This document shows, piece after piece, positions 50,087 to 64,000 of a DNA stretch of 64,000 nt. The position numbers and the translations under genes are program-made. Source of the stretch: Entomortierella parvispora E1425 (Eukaryota > Fungi > Mortierellomycota); the NCBI GenBank assembly GCA_020891255.1, contig BQFW01000010.1:992001-1056000 (forward strand), given 5' to 3'. The stretch's first letter is position 1. Each line of letters starts with the position of its first letter. The notes under the pieces were generated by a model. It searched no databases and was not told the DNA's origin. It saw only the letters and a program-made list of their open reading frames with translations.

Positions 50087-51773
50087 CTATCTTCCCAGCA
50101 TCTCGTCATCACCACGGCGCCACCTCTCATGAGGCTGAAGTGCGCCGCCTTCATAGTCCAGGTAAAGGGTGTTAGACCCTTGTAATTGATTACGTTCAGT
50201 AACCGTAGTAGAAGAAAAGGACGAAATCCAAGTAGGAGAAGAAGTCGATTCAAAGGGGTGCAGGGCAGACAACGGCACTCTGGGTATTGGCGGTGGCAGT
50301 AGCGAGGCTTGTCGCTGGAGAGGGTCCCATCCACCCCTGAACGCAGGCTGTCTGGACATGGGCACCGAGGACGCCAGCAATGGATGAGTGGGAAGGGCGA
50401 TCCTTTCCTCCCCGTCACGGTGATTCTGACGCTGTGCAAGAAGGAGGCGTTGTCTTTCGTTTTGTTCCTCGTACTGGCGTTGCAACTGCTCTATGAGGGG
50501 CCGTTGAATCCTTCGGATCTGGTGCGCCATCGGCTCATTTTCTTGGGCCGTCTCAGGCAGGGTCGGGAACGCTCGGCTCATCATGGTCGAACCAGGGAGG
50601 GCCAAGGGGAGCGTTCGCTCGCTCACGGACCACTGCGGTAGCGTAAAGGATAGCAGAAAAGGCGGAGCTCTCGTCATCCTTATCGACCCAGGAACTCGGA
50701 CGGTGTCACCGCCAGGAGAGACGCAATCGAGCTCTGTTTCAGGGTCATCATCACTTGTGAGAGAAGGAACGCAGTCGTGCGGACAGTGCGTGTCCAGGGG
50801 ATGGAAATGAAATCCATCCTCACAACCCACTATCCTGCCCAAAGCCCGGTGACGCTCATGGTCTTGGCCCGTGACCCATTCTCCATCACGAGTGAATCCT
50901 GACTGCGGCGATGCTGCGAGGGCTTGTTGGTCGTGGGGGTGGTTGTGATGGTGGTGTTGACGATGGCCACGAGCGCTTGGACCGCTCTCGTACACTTGGT
51001 CTCCTCGGTTGAAAGCCTCCGACGGTGTGTTGCTGTCCGCGGAGGAAGGGCTTGGGCCAGACATGCCATTCACCGCGGCGCCACTGTTTGCCCCCTGAAC
51101 TAAAGGGATGCCTGTATCACGACCACCATCACCACCGTCCATAGGGCCGCCGCTCCCATTAACCCCCTCAAAAGCCGCCTCTGTCTCCGGAGTTGACTGC
51201 AGTGTTCGCAAGTGGGTTGCTGTTCGCGCACCGCGCGATTGTTTTTCTCGATGAGAGGATGATGACGATGGAGAAGAGGAGATAGAGGAAGATGATGTTG
51301 AATAGGCAAAAGAGGATACAGAAGGAGACAATGTGACCCTAGTGGCGATGGTAGTAAAGGAAAAAGAGGAAAGAGGCAAACTTGGTGCGGGGCGTGTTTG
51401 TCCCAGACGATGACGGGCCAACGGTGACGCCGGCGATCTTGGTGTTGCTGTTACGGGTGATGCTGTTGCTACTGTTGTTGATGCCCCTGTCCTGAAAATC
51501 ACCTCCGATGTGGTTCTTGGTGTGGTATCTGCACCTTGCAGGTATGGAGGAAACTCCATAACTTCCATATCTTGGAAGCGACGATTTCCTCCCATTGTGT
51601 ACCCTCCTTCCAATTCTATCGGTCCTGTCCAAGCACAGGCATCCTCTGGCAAAGCAGAACGAACGGAGGCAAAGGTCGACTTGGCCCACATTGACTTTGT
51701 ACCGTGTTGTTGCTTCTTGTGCACGGTTGCTCCAGGACCATTTTGAAGCAAGGGGCACCAAGCAGCAACGGTA

Positions 51774-51808
<35 letters not shown>

Positions 51809-52472
51809 GGCGGTCCTAACAAATCCGCCCGTCTCTTTATGCAAGTTTTCGACAACCACCTGTTCGCAATCCTGATGAGCTACATCCACCAGAGATCCCC
51901 AAAGTTGTTCCGCCAGGACGAGCCAGGGCTGAAGCGTTTGTGAGTGTGGATACAAATGTGGATGAGAGAGTGGCTGTAGTGGTTGTAGTTGTTGCTCCAT
52001 GTGGCGACTGTCACTTTGAGAGTCCCAGCTCCTGACCCGCCTCTTCCTACTTGGAGGTCGGTCAAAAGATCTGGGTGAGATGGGGGTTGAGGGGGCTGGC
52101 ATCTGCAAGGGTGCTTGTGTGCTACCATTCTCAGGATGGTATTCCTCGTCGGTTGAAAGACCCACAGCCTCCAGTGATTCGCGGCCAATGGCCCCGTCCA
52201 GGAGTGGCGGAACAGATTCAGCGCGTCTCGGAAAAGAGAGTCGTTGGCGGTGAGTCAATGGGTGATCCAGGGACCAGAGTTGATCTTGAAGATTCATTGT
52301 TTGATCCATGACTGAGTCGTGTTGTAAAAAGTTGAGTGTTTGTGTGTCGGCGTGGAGCGCGCGCGTAATTTCCGTGAGAGCGGGTATGATATTAGGAGAG
52401 GATTAAAAGGTGAAAGAAAAATAAGAGTTAGAAGAAAGGTAAGAGAGTAAGCGACCAGATGATGACTGAAGG

Positions 52473-52538
<66 letters not shown>

Positions 52539-53720
52539 ATAATTTATGTGAAAAAAAGTGAGGAGATGGCAGATTCAAAGAGAAGAGAGAAGAGATAAAA
52601 GAGAAAAGAAAAAAAGAAAAAAAAAGAAGAAAGAAGAGAGAAAAGAAATCACACACAGACCATAGGGCACAAGGGAGGTTGTGAGGCATTGGCGAGCGGG
52701 AGGGAGGGACCCTGAAGACAAGCTGAAAGCAGAACTTACTTTGACCCCTTGTGGCCAGCAGCAGAGGTGGCGAAGAAGGGAGTGAATGCGACAATGAGAC
52801 TGAGCGCAAGAGGGGCCTTGGTGTTCGTGACCGCCGTGAACTTTGCCGTGGAACATACCCAAGGGTTCGGGTTTGCGGCGCAAGAGCATCCCAGTCCCAC
52901 ACATTCGAAGGGGTTGACAACGATGACAATGATGCAGTCTGGAAGAGCTGTCGCACAGGCGCACAGGCATTGGAGGGAATATCAGGACTCTCCGAACACG
53001 CATTGTCCGCTCGTGGGAGAGTTGTCCAAGTGAGTGGGTGGAACGACCTTGCCTCTGACTCCACGGTGCTGCTTACGGATGCGGGTCCAGGACTGCAACT
53101 CGTTTCGGCGGATTCACACACGAGAGCTGCAGCTGCCACAGGAGTGAAAGAAGGAGGAGGGGGGAGGGGAGTCAGAGAGGGAGGGTCACTACTGCTGGCA
53201 ACAGTAGCAACTGACGAAACGCCATGGTCGCTGTTGTTGTTGTTGGCACCATCCGCTTTGACTGGGCTTTGGGACGCTTTGTCACTTTTGTTTGTACCCA
53301 AAGCTTCTCTTGTGGAGACTTCTGCAACCGGCACGACACCAGGGATCGGGGGCATCCTCATCGAGCTTGCGGTGGCTGAGGATGGCATGAAAATGTTGCT
53401 CCTTGCAGTGGGCTCTGGAAGGGTCGAGAGCTGGAGGATAGGGTCACATAAAAGGAGGTCAAAGCACGGGAGTAGCGACTTGTGGTGATGATTGCTGTTA
53501 TTGCTGTTCTTGTTGTTTTTATTGCTGCTGTCTCCTTTGCTGTCACTGTGATCACCGTCGATGTTGTTGCTAAGGATGATCCTGGTCAGGTTGCTGAGCA
53601 GGTCCTGATATTGAGTTTGCCGATATCGGTACTTGTCGACCAGAAATCGGCGATGTCGAGGTTGCCGTTGACGCGGTGGTAGTGGTAGGAGCCGTCTGTT
53701 GTGTCTTGAAAGCAGTAGCG
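50087..53720 (-). CDS. Hypothetical low-complexity (S/T/P/Q-rich) protein, at least two exons; 5' structure uncertain
   Basis: ORFs 52294-53817 and 50087-52309 join in frame through a GTAAGT...CAG intron at 52739-52312 (RGQ-I-MDQT). No recognisable domain. Confidence 0.5.
52477..52535. repeat. (GA)n microsatellite, about 29 units, inside the 52312-52739 intron
   Basis: Direct reading. Confidence 0.97.
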
Positions 53721-54031
53721 TCTGTTGGAGAGCAAGAAGGAAGAGAGAGAAAGAGAGAGAGAGAGGGGGGGAAATAACAGGGGATAGAGGATGAGAACCA
53801 AGGAAGAGAATGCACAAAAGGTTGAGCTTCCTTGCTTACGACCCTCTCCCGCTTAAATATGGCAAAACGAAGGAGGGGGCTGCTACCATGGTCTCCTGTT
53901 GGGCTGGTGTGTCGATCGCGCCAAGGAGCAGCTTTGTCTCCTTGTCCCTTTGTCCGTTGTCAATTGCCATCCACTCCCATATATATATTTTATGTCCTAT
54001 TTCAATTCAACGTCTTTGTCATTGACTGACC

Positions 54032-55005
54032 TTTGCGTCATGTTCAACACGGCGAACATACGGGTCCAGAGTGTCAGTACTTTTACCCCTGACGACAACA
54101 GTGCTGAGGTCGGGGGAAGCAGACTGACGAGATCGTCCCCCGTGTCCTTCATTCTGGACCAGCCCGATCTTGTGAGCTGAAATGTCAGCACCTCCCTTCC
54201 CTCTTCCCTGACAACCCCTCGGCGGCCTGACCTTCATTCTGTCGGACCATGACGCGTCAGACGTGCCATCGACTGTGCTTCTCCCTCCGCATCTGTACCG
54301 CGGGAAAAGCCTGAATTGCCGAAACAGGAATTCAGTTTCGCCCTGATCGAGAGATGGACACCCCTGTTCTTGCGGAGGCTGTTGTTGACGACATTGGCAA
54401 TGGTGGCAACGATCCTCTTGCCGTTTATCGCGATGCAGACGTTGTCGTCGTTGTCGACGTTGAAGCGGATGCTGCGCTGTTAGCCATGAGTCTGTGTCTG
54501 CGTCAGCGTCTGTGTCCGAGTCTGTGCCTGTGCTTGTGCTCGTGCTTGTGCTTGTGCTTTTGCTTGTACTTGTGCCTGTGCGATGTTCAACATTGGATTC
54601 GCCCTCGTATGCACTGGAAGAGTCCTTGCCCCCTTCTTCTTCTCTAGCCGGGCTGAAGGGGTATGCTGGGACCGTTGCTGCACAGCCGATTGAAGAACGT
54701 GAACGACCGTTGGCAGAGATGCTAACGGCGTCGCTTGTGGCGAATTTTTCAACGCCCCCGATGAGGCCAAGATTCTTTCCAATGGTGTAAAAAGGCTTTT
54801 GTGGTTTGGTGTTGTCCCGGATTTTGTTACTGTTCTTGTTGTTGTTCTTGTTGTTGTTCTCAGGGTTCAAATAATGACCAAGAGTCAACACGAAGGGAGG
54901 CTGATCCTGATCCTTTCCTCCTTTTCCTTTTCCTTTTCCTTCCCCTCCATTTCCATCGTGATCCCAAGTGGTTTCCTTCATAGTTTCTTCACTCTTCTCA
55001 TCCAT
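54032..55005 (-). CDS. Probable upstream exon or separate hypothetical low-complexity ORF
   Basis: 328-codon ORF starting MDEKSEET with a GTCAGT donor after DAK. I could not confirm the phase linkage to the 53720 exon. Confidence 0.35.
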
Positions 55006-56071
55006 CCTGTCGGCGCTGTTCGTGACACGAGAGAAAGGACAGAAGAGTGTTTTGACTGAAGTTGTGGCCCTTGGGGGACGACGTTACGTGATATGGGACC
55101 TTGTGATGTTCTTTCAGTATGGGGTAGAGTGAAGATGGAATGAACGGGCAGTAAGAATAGGGGCCGACAGCGGCCGAGACTGGGAAGGGTAAAAATGGGC
55201 TGCGGCCTTGTCTTGGTGCTTCAAAGAAAAGATAAATGAAAGTGGGATGCACACGGGGGGGAAATGTCAAAGTAGGGCTGGGAACTCGCATGAACGCGAA
55301 GGCGCGTGTGTTATCTCGCGTTAATGAGGGTGGGAGGATGGAGGAGGGGTCAATTGCGGTATCTCTCTTCTTTCTCTTTCTCTCTCTCTCTCTCTCTCTC
55401 AAAAAAAAAAAAAAAAAAAAAAAGAGAGAGAAAAAAAGAAAAAAGACGATCGTCGAGCGATCATCGCTGGCTCTGCCTTGTCTTTTTTTTGTTCAATTTG
55501 CAGCTTGAGCTCGGACAGACAGGATTGGATTGCGACCTTTAGTCTTGTCGCATGTTCGCACAAAATATCACACGCGTGTTTGAGCAGAGAGTGGGAAAGG
55601 TGCAATGAAGACAAACTTTTTTTCTTGTCTCTTTGCAGAATACCCTGCAGGGTGGTACAGAACTTGTTTCTTTTTGGACCGCCAAAACGAAACGTCGCCT
55701 TGCGGCAAGTGGAAGGAACGATAAAAAAAGGGGAAAAAAGACAAACACAAGATGCTGCTGTCCGAGCCACGCCCGTGAGTCGCGCCTCTTTGGCAAAACA
55801 AGAGGCGTGCACGCTCTCTCCTGTCTTCTTGAAAGTAAATGTTCCAATCTTTGCCATTCTATTCCATCACAGCAGCAACTGTCAGCGGACAAAAAATGAA
55901 ATAAAAAGGGACCAGATAAACGAAACAAGTTTACGGTTGACCTCTCCTAAAGAAGACCAGCAATAAGGGTCATTCTGTTCGATCGGCTTGATCTCAAGAC
56001 TGGCTACACTGTGTTGAAGAGAGCAAACTTGCTCAGAGATCTTTGCTTTGGAAGCCATAAAAAAGTATTGC

Positions 56072-59000
56072 TTATTTATAAAATGATTTGGTGATCTGTG
56101 CGGACGACCGTCCTGGAGTGGACGACGTTGCCGAGTATGATGCAGTGGAAAGACTTGCACTAGAGGTTCGCCACAGATTTGGTTCAGATGCTGCAGACTT
56201 GTCGGGTGTGGACTCTCCTTCCACGCGTCTACTACTGCCCACCCCATCGTAGACCTGGAGGCTGTTGTAAAACTCGGTCACCTTAGGGTGCACCATCACT
56301 TTCCTGGGATCAAAGTTCAATACCTGAAGTCCCTCCAGCGAAGTTGCTCGCGACAGCGCGACATATGCTTGACCTACGCAAGGACACAGCAAATTTACTG
56401 TGAGCACGACGAAGTATTAAAAAGGAGACAACATACGCGCTGTGATCTTTCATTACCTTTTTCAAACACTCTTGCGAGGTCGACTTTAACTTTGGGGAGG
56501 GTCTGTCCCTGCGACTTGTGAATACTAAGCGACCACGCAAGACTCAGCGGGATTTGCACGCGCGCTCCCTGCAGCTGTCCATTAGGCAATTCAATCTTCC
56601 ATTCCTCGCGCCCGACCACCATTTCACGAGTTTTCCCGTCTTCTAACGTGAACCTGACTAGAGGCAGCTCCTCTCCAGGAGTGTTCAGAACAGTATTCCT
56701 TTCGCCTGTAGAGCTTGTCGTGTTTTCATTGTCGGCTGGCCGATTCACAAATCCAATCAGAACTCCCAAACTGCCATTAACTAGACCACCGGTACCACCA
56801 GCCTGATTTCGAAGTAGCATCACCTGTGAATTCAACTTCAGTTGAAGGACAGTTGGGGCAAGGCAGTTCTGCTCCATCTTCTCCTTCAGGGGTCCTCGGT
56901 CGCGAGCCTGGAATACCATAACCTTCCCAGGCAGGTTTGCCAGCATACGGTTATTAGCTTCTTCCACCTGGTTTCGCAGTGGGAATCTAACAGGTCAAGG
57001 AAGGTTAGCAAATGATACAAGCAAGGCGGGAAACGAAGACAGCGGTCGCTTGCTTACAACTCGGTTGGTCGGAGGCCATCGTTGTTTACGAGCTCACGGG
57101 TGAGGGTCTTGAATCTCTGTATAGTTCCAGGCGTCATCATGCCCAAACGCATTTCGTTAAGCATATCCGCGAAGGCTAGCAATACAAAGCAGGATCGTTA
57201 GGTTTAGACTGGTGTTGCCAGTGCAGCCAAGCCTCTCTTTTAACTTACACTGGTCCTTTTGTCTGAAGACTTGTCGAAGCTGTATAGTCGACGTAATAGT
57301 CCGCTTCCAGGACTCGCCTTCGAAACAAAATCTGACATTGCCGTTTCTGTTCACAGGAGGTAACTGGAAAAAGTCTCCTACCAGAACAACCTGCATCCCG
57401 CCCCAAGGTCGCGTATCCCTTCTAACATCTCTCGCGACAGCCTCGAGCTTGTCAAGAAATTCGGCGTCTATCATGGATACCTCATCGACGATCAGGACTT
57501 TTGTTTCTTGCCATCGGCGTAATGTCGTAGTGTTTTTTCGAACTTTGGCCAGCATCACAGGAAGGGCTTCTTGTCCTAAGCCCACACCTGCGAAGGAATG
57601 TAAGGTACATCCTCCAATGTTACAAGCGGCAATTCCTGTCGAGGCACAGACCGCAACTGCATCATTGCTGGATTCCCAATAATCGCTCTTGGCCTTGCTG
57701 TACTTTTTTCGTAGCTGAACGATAAGTTCTCTGAGTAAGACCGACTTTCCTGTTCCTGCAGATCCAGTAAAGAACAAACTTCTCTGATAAAGAACGACCT
57801 GCTCTAGTACATGCTGCTGCTCCTCCGACAGGGTCATTCCATCGCGAGTCATATTGGCAGGGTAGTTGACCTTTGCACCTGAGCTACTGCTGGTAGGAGA
57901 CGACGACCTAGATTTAGCCTGTGTCTTTTGCTGTCCATTAGAAAATGATGTTGCTAGTGACAATGGGGCTGTTGCAGACCCACGGGAATACGGAGAAGGC
58001 TGGACTGGAAATGACTGATATCGCGAGATGCTAGTGGGTAGAGTCCGTTTGGGTGCTCCTGCTGATGGTGGTACCAGGCCCAGAGAACTAACGCTTGCAA
58101 AGTCCCCAGATCTCTTTTGACTGTAGCTTTTGACTTTTGACTGGAGGTTGCTATAGGGTTGAGCAGGCTGGGAGCGCGATGGTTGAGAGCCACTGTGAAA
58201 CGGTGGAGTAATCTCGGGCTCTGTGCTGCCGTAGCGACTCTGCATTCTTCCATCTAGACTTGCCGCAGAGGTGAAGCCATCATCTGAAATGACAGAGTTT
58301 GAGGAGACGAGAGATGGTCTGTCCACGCCCCGGCCATTCAGTGACGATGAGGAGCTTGCACGAGAAAGTGCCCCTGTTGCCCTTGGCATAGGCTGTGTTC
58401 CTTTCGGTGTCGCCATTTGGTCCAAAAGTGACATTGGTTTGGGTGTCGAAGGTGGCAAGGTAGGTTTGGCCTGAATTTTGGGCTTCTTGGCTGAGTTTGT
58501 CCCTGGCATGGCTAGCAGGTCGTCGTCAGAGTCACTATCCAGGTCCACTGATTTGAAGGATGATCCCTGCCCGCCCCTTTCCGAGGCCTCATCTCTTTCC
58601 CTTCGCTTCTTGCTGTGGTCGACCTGAAGTGCTGCTTCATTCACAATAGGTTCCGAGGTCCTTACTGTAGTGGCTACCCTGTCTACTTGTCCACGGTTTA
58701 GTGTATGCGCCTCACTAACTACTTCAAAATGAATCGAGGAGCGAGTGAGTTTTTAAGTTACTACCACTACAGCTGACAGGGGACGACCGCTTGATCAGGC
58801 CAGTTTATCGGTTCTTACCAGTCGCAGACTCGCGGTCCCGAGGGGACTCAATGCAGGTTTTCGACATTGGAGAGGATAGGTCCTTAATCATAGACACATC
58901 AGTGTCGATGCTGATAGGATTAAGAGAGCTGTTGCCACCAATTTTGGCCTTGTCTGTCGTCGAGTCAAATGAGACAGGGATGGCATTTTCCTTGAACAGT

Positions 59001-59191
59001 GGGGAGGGTACTGTATGAATGGAGGAGGAGCTAGTAGGGCTTTGCATGACAGTGGCTCTGTTGCTGAGGACAGACATGTGGGGTCGAAGTGGGGCCGAGG
59101 TCTCGACCGTGAACAATGCAGCGGGCGACGAGATCGGCTTGAAGTTCAGTTTCGTCTGAATGGACTCTTTGACCTTCTTTTTTGGTGGCAT
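56072..59191 (-). CDS. PIF1: PIF1-family 5'-3' DNA helicase, multi-exon
   Basis: [90 protein letters not shown]. Confidence 0.96.
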
Positions 59192-59267
59192 GGTGAGTTA
59201 TTCTGACAGTGGAGCAGCAATGGAAAAGGGGCCTATGGATGCAGACGAGCAAGCATCCAGACTGATG

Positions 59268-59312
59268 TGGATGGATGGATGGATGGATGGATGGATGGAT
59301 GGATGGATGGAT
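59268..59312. repeat. (GGAT)n tetranucleotide microsatellite upstream of PIF1
   Basis: Direct reading, about 11 units. Confidence 0.95.
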
Positions 59313-60250
59313 GCAATGACGGGAAAGGAGGAATGCCAAACAAAGCAAATCAGCAAACGCGTCAGGAAATGATGGTTATCTAATAAATTACTTAAATTAA
59401 AAACAATCTGTAATAAAAAATAAAAAATAAAAAGTAGTCAAGAGATCGCTGACTGACTCAGCCACACGTGCCACCACCCGACACAGCATGCATCCATGCA
59501 AAGACGAGACGCATTCCCTTCCTCTCGCTCCCTTCTCCACTTGCTCATCACTCTTGCGCCTCTCCTCACCCCTGCGCTCTCCTCACCCGCACCCGCACAA
59601 CACTGCCATCGCACCCCTAGTACCCTAGTTCCTTACTCTCCTCCCTCCCCTCCCAGTCGTTGTGTGTCACTCATTCAACACTGCAGCTCATTCTCGCTCT
59701 TTCCCTCCTTGACCTATAGCTGCAACGACACCAGCGGATACCCCCACGCTCTGGATGAAGCGTACCATCTAGTTCCCTTTGTTCAGACAGCTGCAGTGCG
59801 CGTGGTCTGCCATTGCATACCCCGCTGCTTCACTGCCCACCCTTCCCCAAAACAGGTACACCACGCTTCAACGTTCTTCCTTTCTTTTCCATCATGTTCT
59901 ATTTTCAATCCATTGCCGATCCAGAGTGACGTGGAGAAGCGCTGGCCTGCCGGTCAGCTGTGAAGGACTCGAGGAACAATGCTTTGGACTCTGTTGCCTT
60001 CAACGGTGGCTCCAACCTGCTGCCCTCTTTATTGCCTCCCCCCCATCCCCTTGTCGGATCGACAGTAAAGGAGGAATGTTAGCAGCAGAGACTGAACTTG
60101 AACCTTACATTCAACCGCGCGACATACCGCTCAACAGATCGCACAGCCACCACGGATAATAAAAACATTTGTCTAACGTCTCCCCTCTCTTAATCTTCCT
60201 TCTTTGCAGATTTTCTTGGTTGACGTAAAACATTCTCCAGGCATAGAGTT

Positions 60251-63200
60251 ATGCACAAAGGGATGGCCACCAATGCTCCTGAAAAACGCCCCCTTGGTCG
60301 ATCGGCACCTTGGTCTCCTCGTTCATCCAATAACAACAACAGCAACAGCACCACCACGACAACCCCCACTGGCACCAACCCAGCTACTCGAATTAGCTTG
60401 CCTGGATCATCTTTGAATGCGAATTGCCGTCAAGGGCCGAGGGGGCAGGATTCTTTCGGATCATCCAACCAGATCGCCATGCCGGATCGAACGGAACGCA
60501 GGTTGACCCGCAACACGACGGTCATGACGCTACATTCGGACTCGGAATCAGACTATGAACACAGTCAAGGCTTCGATGGGGAGCATCATGACGCACTCTT
60601 CTCAGATTCACAGTCGTACAACTTTGACAGTGGTCTGACGAGCATTTTGTCTGGTGGATCCAACATTGATCTCAGCCACCTTTCTGCAGGGATGCAAACT
60701 GCTCGGGACGCCATGAGCGGTTCATATCGTCGCTTTGCTTTCCAAGGTCAAGGGAGCTCCGAAGAGGACGAAGATGAAGATGATCTAACAGAGAACACCG
60801 AGGATGAGAATGGAATGGACGCCGCGGGCATGTTTAATCAGGACAGTGACGTCAATTTCACAGAGGAAGACGAGGATAGCGACGATGATGATGACGATAG
60901 CGAAAACGGAGCAGAGCATGGTGCCAGTCCCAGAAACAGTGCCCTCGGGAGGTATCTCTTGGCGCCAATGGGGTTCGATGATAACGAGAGTACAGAAACT
61001 GCGACAGGAGTCGAAGGGTATGGCGAGGCAGCGGAACGATTCCAGATTTTTGCCGGTGTAAACGAGTTTGATGGTAGGTTCATAGAAGGTCAATCCTCAA
61101 TCTCGATTTTTTTTTTTTTTTTTTTTTTTTTTTGCATACCTCGTCTCTGATACGGTCGACCCCGTTTCTTAGAATCGGACCAAGTGGGGCTAGACGACCA
61201 TCCCTATCAAGTTATTCCCAAGAGCCGGAAGCGGGATCAGGAGCGCATCTTGGAGAGTAAAAGGAGGCAAGGAAAGCTGCTACTAGTCTCGCTTCTGGAC
61301 AACTTTTGTCTTTTGTATGATCAAAGTCCCGAGAGGAACCGAAAGTTGTTTTATGGTACGAAGAAAACTCATCCAGTCTGCAGTGCGAGCTTATTGGAGA
61401 CGTGCCGAAAACTGACCTTTGGCTACTTTTCATAGTTATTTGCAAAACCTTGAGCAACATGGGAATCATTGATGAAGAGTACCTGGAAGAGATGAGCGCT
61501 GTGCGTTCTTCCTACCAGCGTGCATTCAGATCGTTGGTGTTGTCTGCGCTGACTTCCATCAAACAAGAACAAATGATCATGGACAGCAGGAGGATTATGG
61601 CGCCACCCTCGACACCAACGGATAACCAGGAGGATGGCAAAGGTCGAGGAATAGCTTCTCAAGAGCACAAATTTGCTGACTCGCTTTCATCTACGGGCAT
61701 GGGGCCATCGTCCTATCTTCACACACCGGGCCCATCTACAGCCTCATTCCCACCTCCTTCAGCCATGATGCGGACACTTTCCTTTGGAGATATGTTTGAC
61801 AACGACCCTACGCGATACAAGCACGATTTTACAGAGATCAGTAAGCTAGGCAAGGGCGGGTTCGCGTGTGTCTTTAAGGCAAGGAATAAGCTGGATGGGA
61901 TCGAGTACGCCATCAAGAAGATCAGGTTGCGCGGCGGTGTCAAGGTGCGGTACGAAAAGATCTTTCGAGAAATCAAATTCTTGGCAAGACTGGACCACAA
62001 GAACGTCATTCGCTATTACTCTTCTTGGCTAGAGCATGCTGATTACCCAGTTTCGAAGCGCGAGCTGTATGGTGCACAGGGTGGAAAAAATCTTGAATCT
62101 CAAGGAGACTATGATGACGAATATGACGACGACGAGTATGGAGACGAAGACGAGGACACCAACACTATGAGCGTCCAAGATGAGAGCTCAGCGTTTGACC
62201 GACCTAGACGGAGGAGCGTCGACTATTTTAGTCCGCATGCTGAGCAGCATGCCGAGCATCCTGAAGATTTGTCCATGGGTATTGTTTTTGGCGAGGACGA
62301 GGACGATGATAACAGCAACGACATCAGTTTTGATCACTCACAAGGAGGTTACACATCTCACCACGAAGCCGACAATGATGGCAAGGCGACAGAACGTTCG
62401 CTGCAAGGCGAAGATATGGAACGAACCCACTCTGCCTCATCGACTCTGACCAGTCGCGCCATTCCTGGGGCAGCTCCGAGACGCAAACACCTATCACCAA
62501 CAGTTTCGCAAGAGATGCAGGGAAAACCGCCGACATGGGTTGACCGTGATAGCTCGTCAGGACCCAACAAGACACCTCGGGATTCTTCACGGCACAGTTT
62601 GTCCAATTCATTCTCGGCCTTGTCATCCTCCATCGAAGAAATCCAGAGGTCGTTGCCCTCTTCATATTCTGGTTCTGGTCTCGGATCTCGGTATGGCCAT
62701 TCAACTTCTGGGGATCGCACGCAGGACCTCCTTCATGAGGAAAATTATGAGCTGCGACCCTTTTCTTTTCCTAATGTGCGAGAAGTCGACAGGAAGAATT
62801 TTGCTGGAGGTGGAATAGGAGGTCTGCATGGAATGGGTGCCTCCAGAAACGACAGAGATCAACGAAAGCTGCGAAACAGCACTGGACAGCTAGTCACGCG
62901 GGACTTGACGCTATTTATTCAAATGCAGCTTTGCCAAACGACCCTACAGGACTACTTGGTTTTCCGCAATGAACGTCCAACAGCGCTCAAGAGGCCCCGC
63001 AAAGAGATGAATCGACGGACGAGCAAGACAGGGAAAAGCCGATTCGGAATCCTGTCCACAGAGGATGACCAGACCACGCACAGTACTCCGAGCTCGCCTC
63101 ATGAACAGACGTGTCATAAGGATCTTGTGGACCCAGCGGCGAACCAACACATCTTTCGCGAGATTGTGGAGGGAGTCGCCTACATTCATGATCAGGACAT

Positions 63201-64000
63201 GATTCATAGAGATCTGAAGCCAAGCAATATCTTTTTGGGCATGCCCGCAGGAACTGAACATCAGCGATCTATTCGACAGGAGATGATGGCAGCAATGGGC
63301 CAGGATATGTCCCCAGGGACGATGACTGCTCCATTGTCCATGATGGACTCTGGGGACGCATCGATGCTTTATCATGGAAGATCGCCCTCGTACATGCTTA
63401 CAGCGGACGATAACTGTTCGCCACCGATTGCGCTGACCAAGGAGCAAGTACAGGAGGAGCTCTTTATGAACATTGAGACCATGGTGCCTAAAATCGGGGA
63501 CTTTGGATTGGTCACGGACATGGAAGGAGGAGCCACTTTGGATGCTGAGAGTGGTAGTATTCAGGACTCCAGTGTCGTGCCCCCTTCACCAGGTGCGCTG
63601 TCGACTGCGTCGCCGACCCCAATGCTGAGACGTCACAGTTCTGCTGGTAAGTTCAAACGTACATACATGCAGAGTCGTATAAAAGATCTTATGCAATGGC
63701 ATGGCACTGATCCCATGGTTGTATATGCTATTTCTAGTCACTACAGGGTCGCGATCATCACGGACAAGGACAACGGCCGTGGGAACAGTGACAGTAAGTG
63801 TTGGCCTTGTATGCCGACTAGTTACTTTTATTCTTGTACTTTGTACTGATACATTTTCCCCCTTTTTTTTTTTTTGTTTTTAGTATGCTTCCCCCGAGCA
63901 ATTGGCACGACCTAATCTCGGCTACGACCAAAAGGCTGATATTTATTCCTTGGGCATCATCTTTTTTGAACTTTACCACCCCTTCTCGACCTTGATGGAG
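60251..64000 (+). CDS. HRI-type eIF2alpha kinase, multi-exon, 3' end beyond window
   Basis: N-terminal [11 protein letters not shown]...[17 protein letters not shown] domain resembles the HRI N-terminal helical domain. Kinase motifs [25 protein letters not shown], long insert, [48 protein letters not shown]. Confidence 0.9.

Noticed and set aside
59496-60159. ORFs upstream of the eIF2alpha kinase as regulatory uORFs
   Set aside because: The transcript start is unknown and the ORFs have UTR-like C/T-rich composition; no support.

Overview
Eukaryotic, intron-rich fungal DNA. Gene families and intron style suggest Mortierellaceae (inference). The backbone is housekeeping genes: TAF4, an ERG10-type thiolase, an ABCC/MRP transporter, ValRS, APS kinase (MET14), tRNA-Thr(AGT), a GRR1-like F-box/LRR, delta-COP, PIF1 and an HRI-type eIF2alpha kinase that runs off the right edge. 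Accessory material is interleaved. At the left edge lies a frameshifted XPG/FEN1-type PIN nuclease gene (running off the window) next to a piggyBac-type transposase zinc-ribbon relic. Bases 36.3-46.0 kb hold a VOC/glyoxalase, a nested 2-3-4 minisatellite, an internally deleted CPA2 antiporter, an APC permease, a secreted lipase, a 10-Cys CX3C secreted peptide and an SDR. A decayed WD40 (NLR-like) gene tail sits at 49.5-49.9 kb. The PIN exon 2, the transposase relic and the WD40 relic are absent or unrecognisable in the ORF track and were read by hand. No complete novel system is provable from this window alone. The best leads are the PIN gene, the CX3C peptide, the nested repeat, the RST-like segment in TAF4 and the membrane-anchored F-box.
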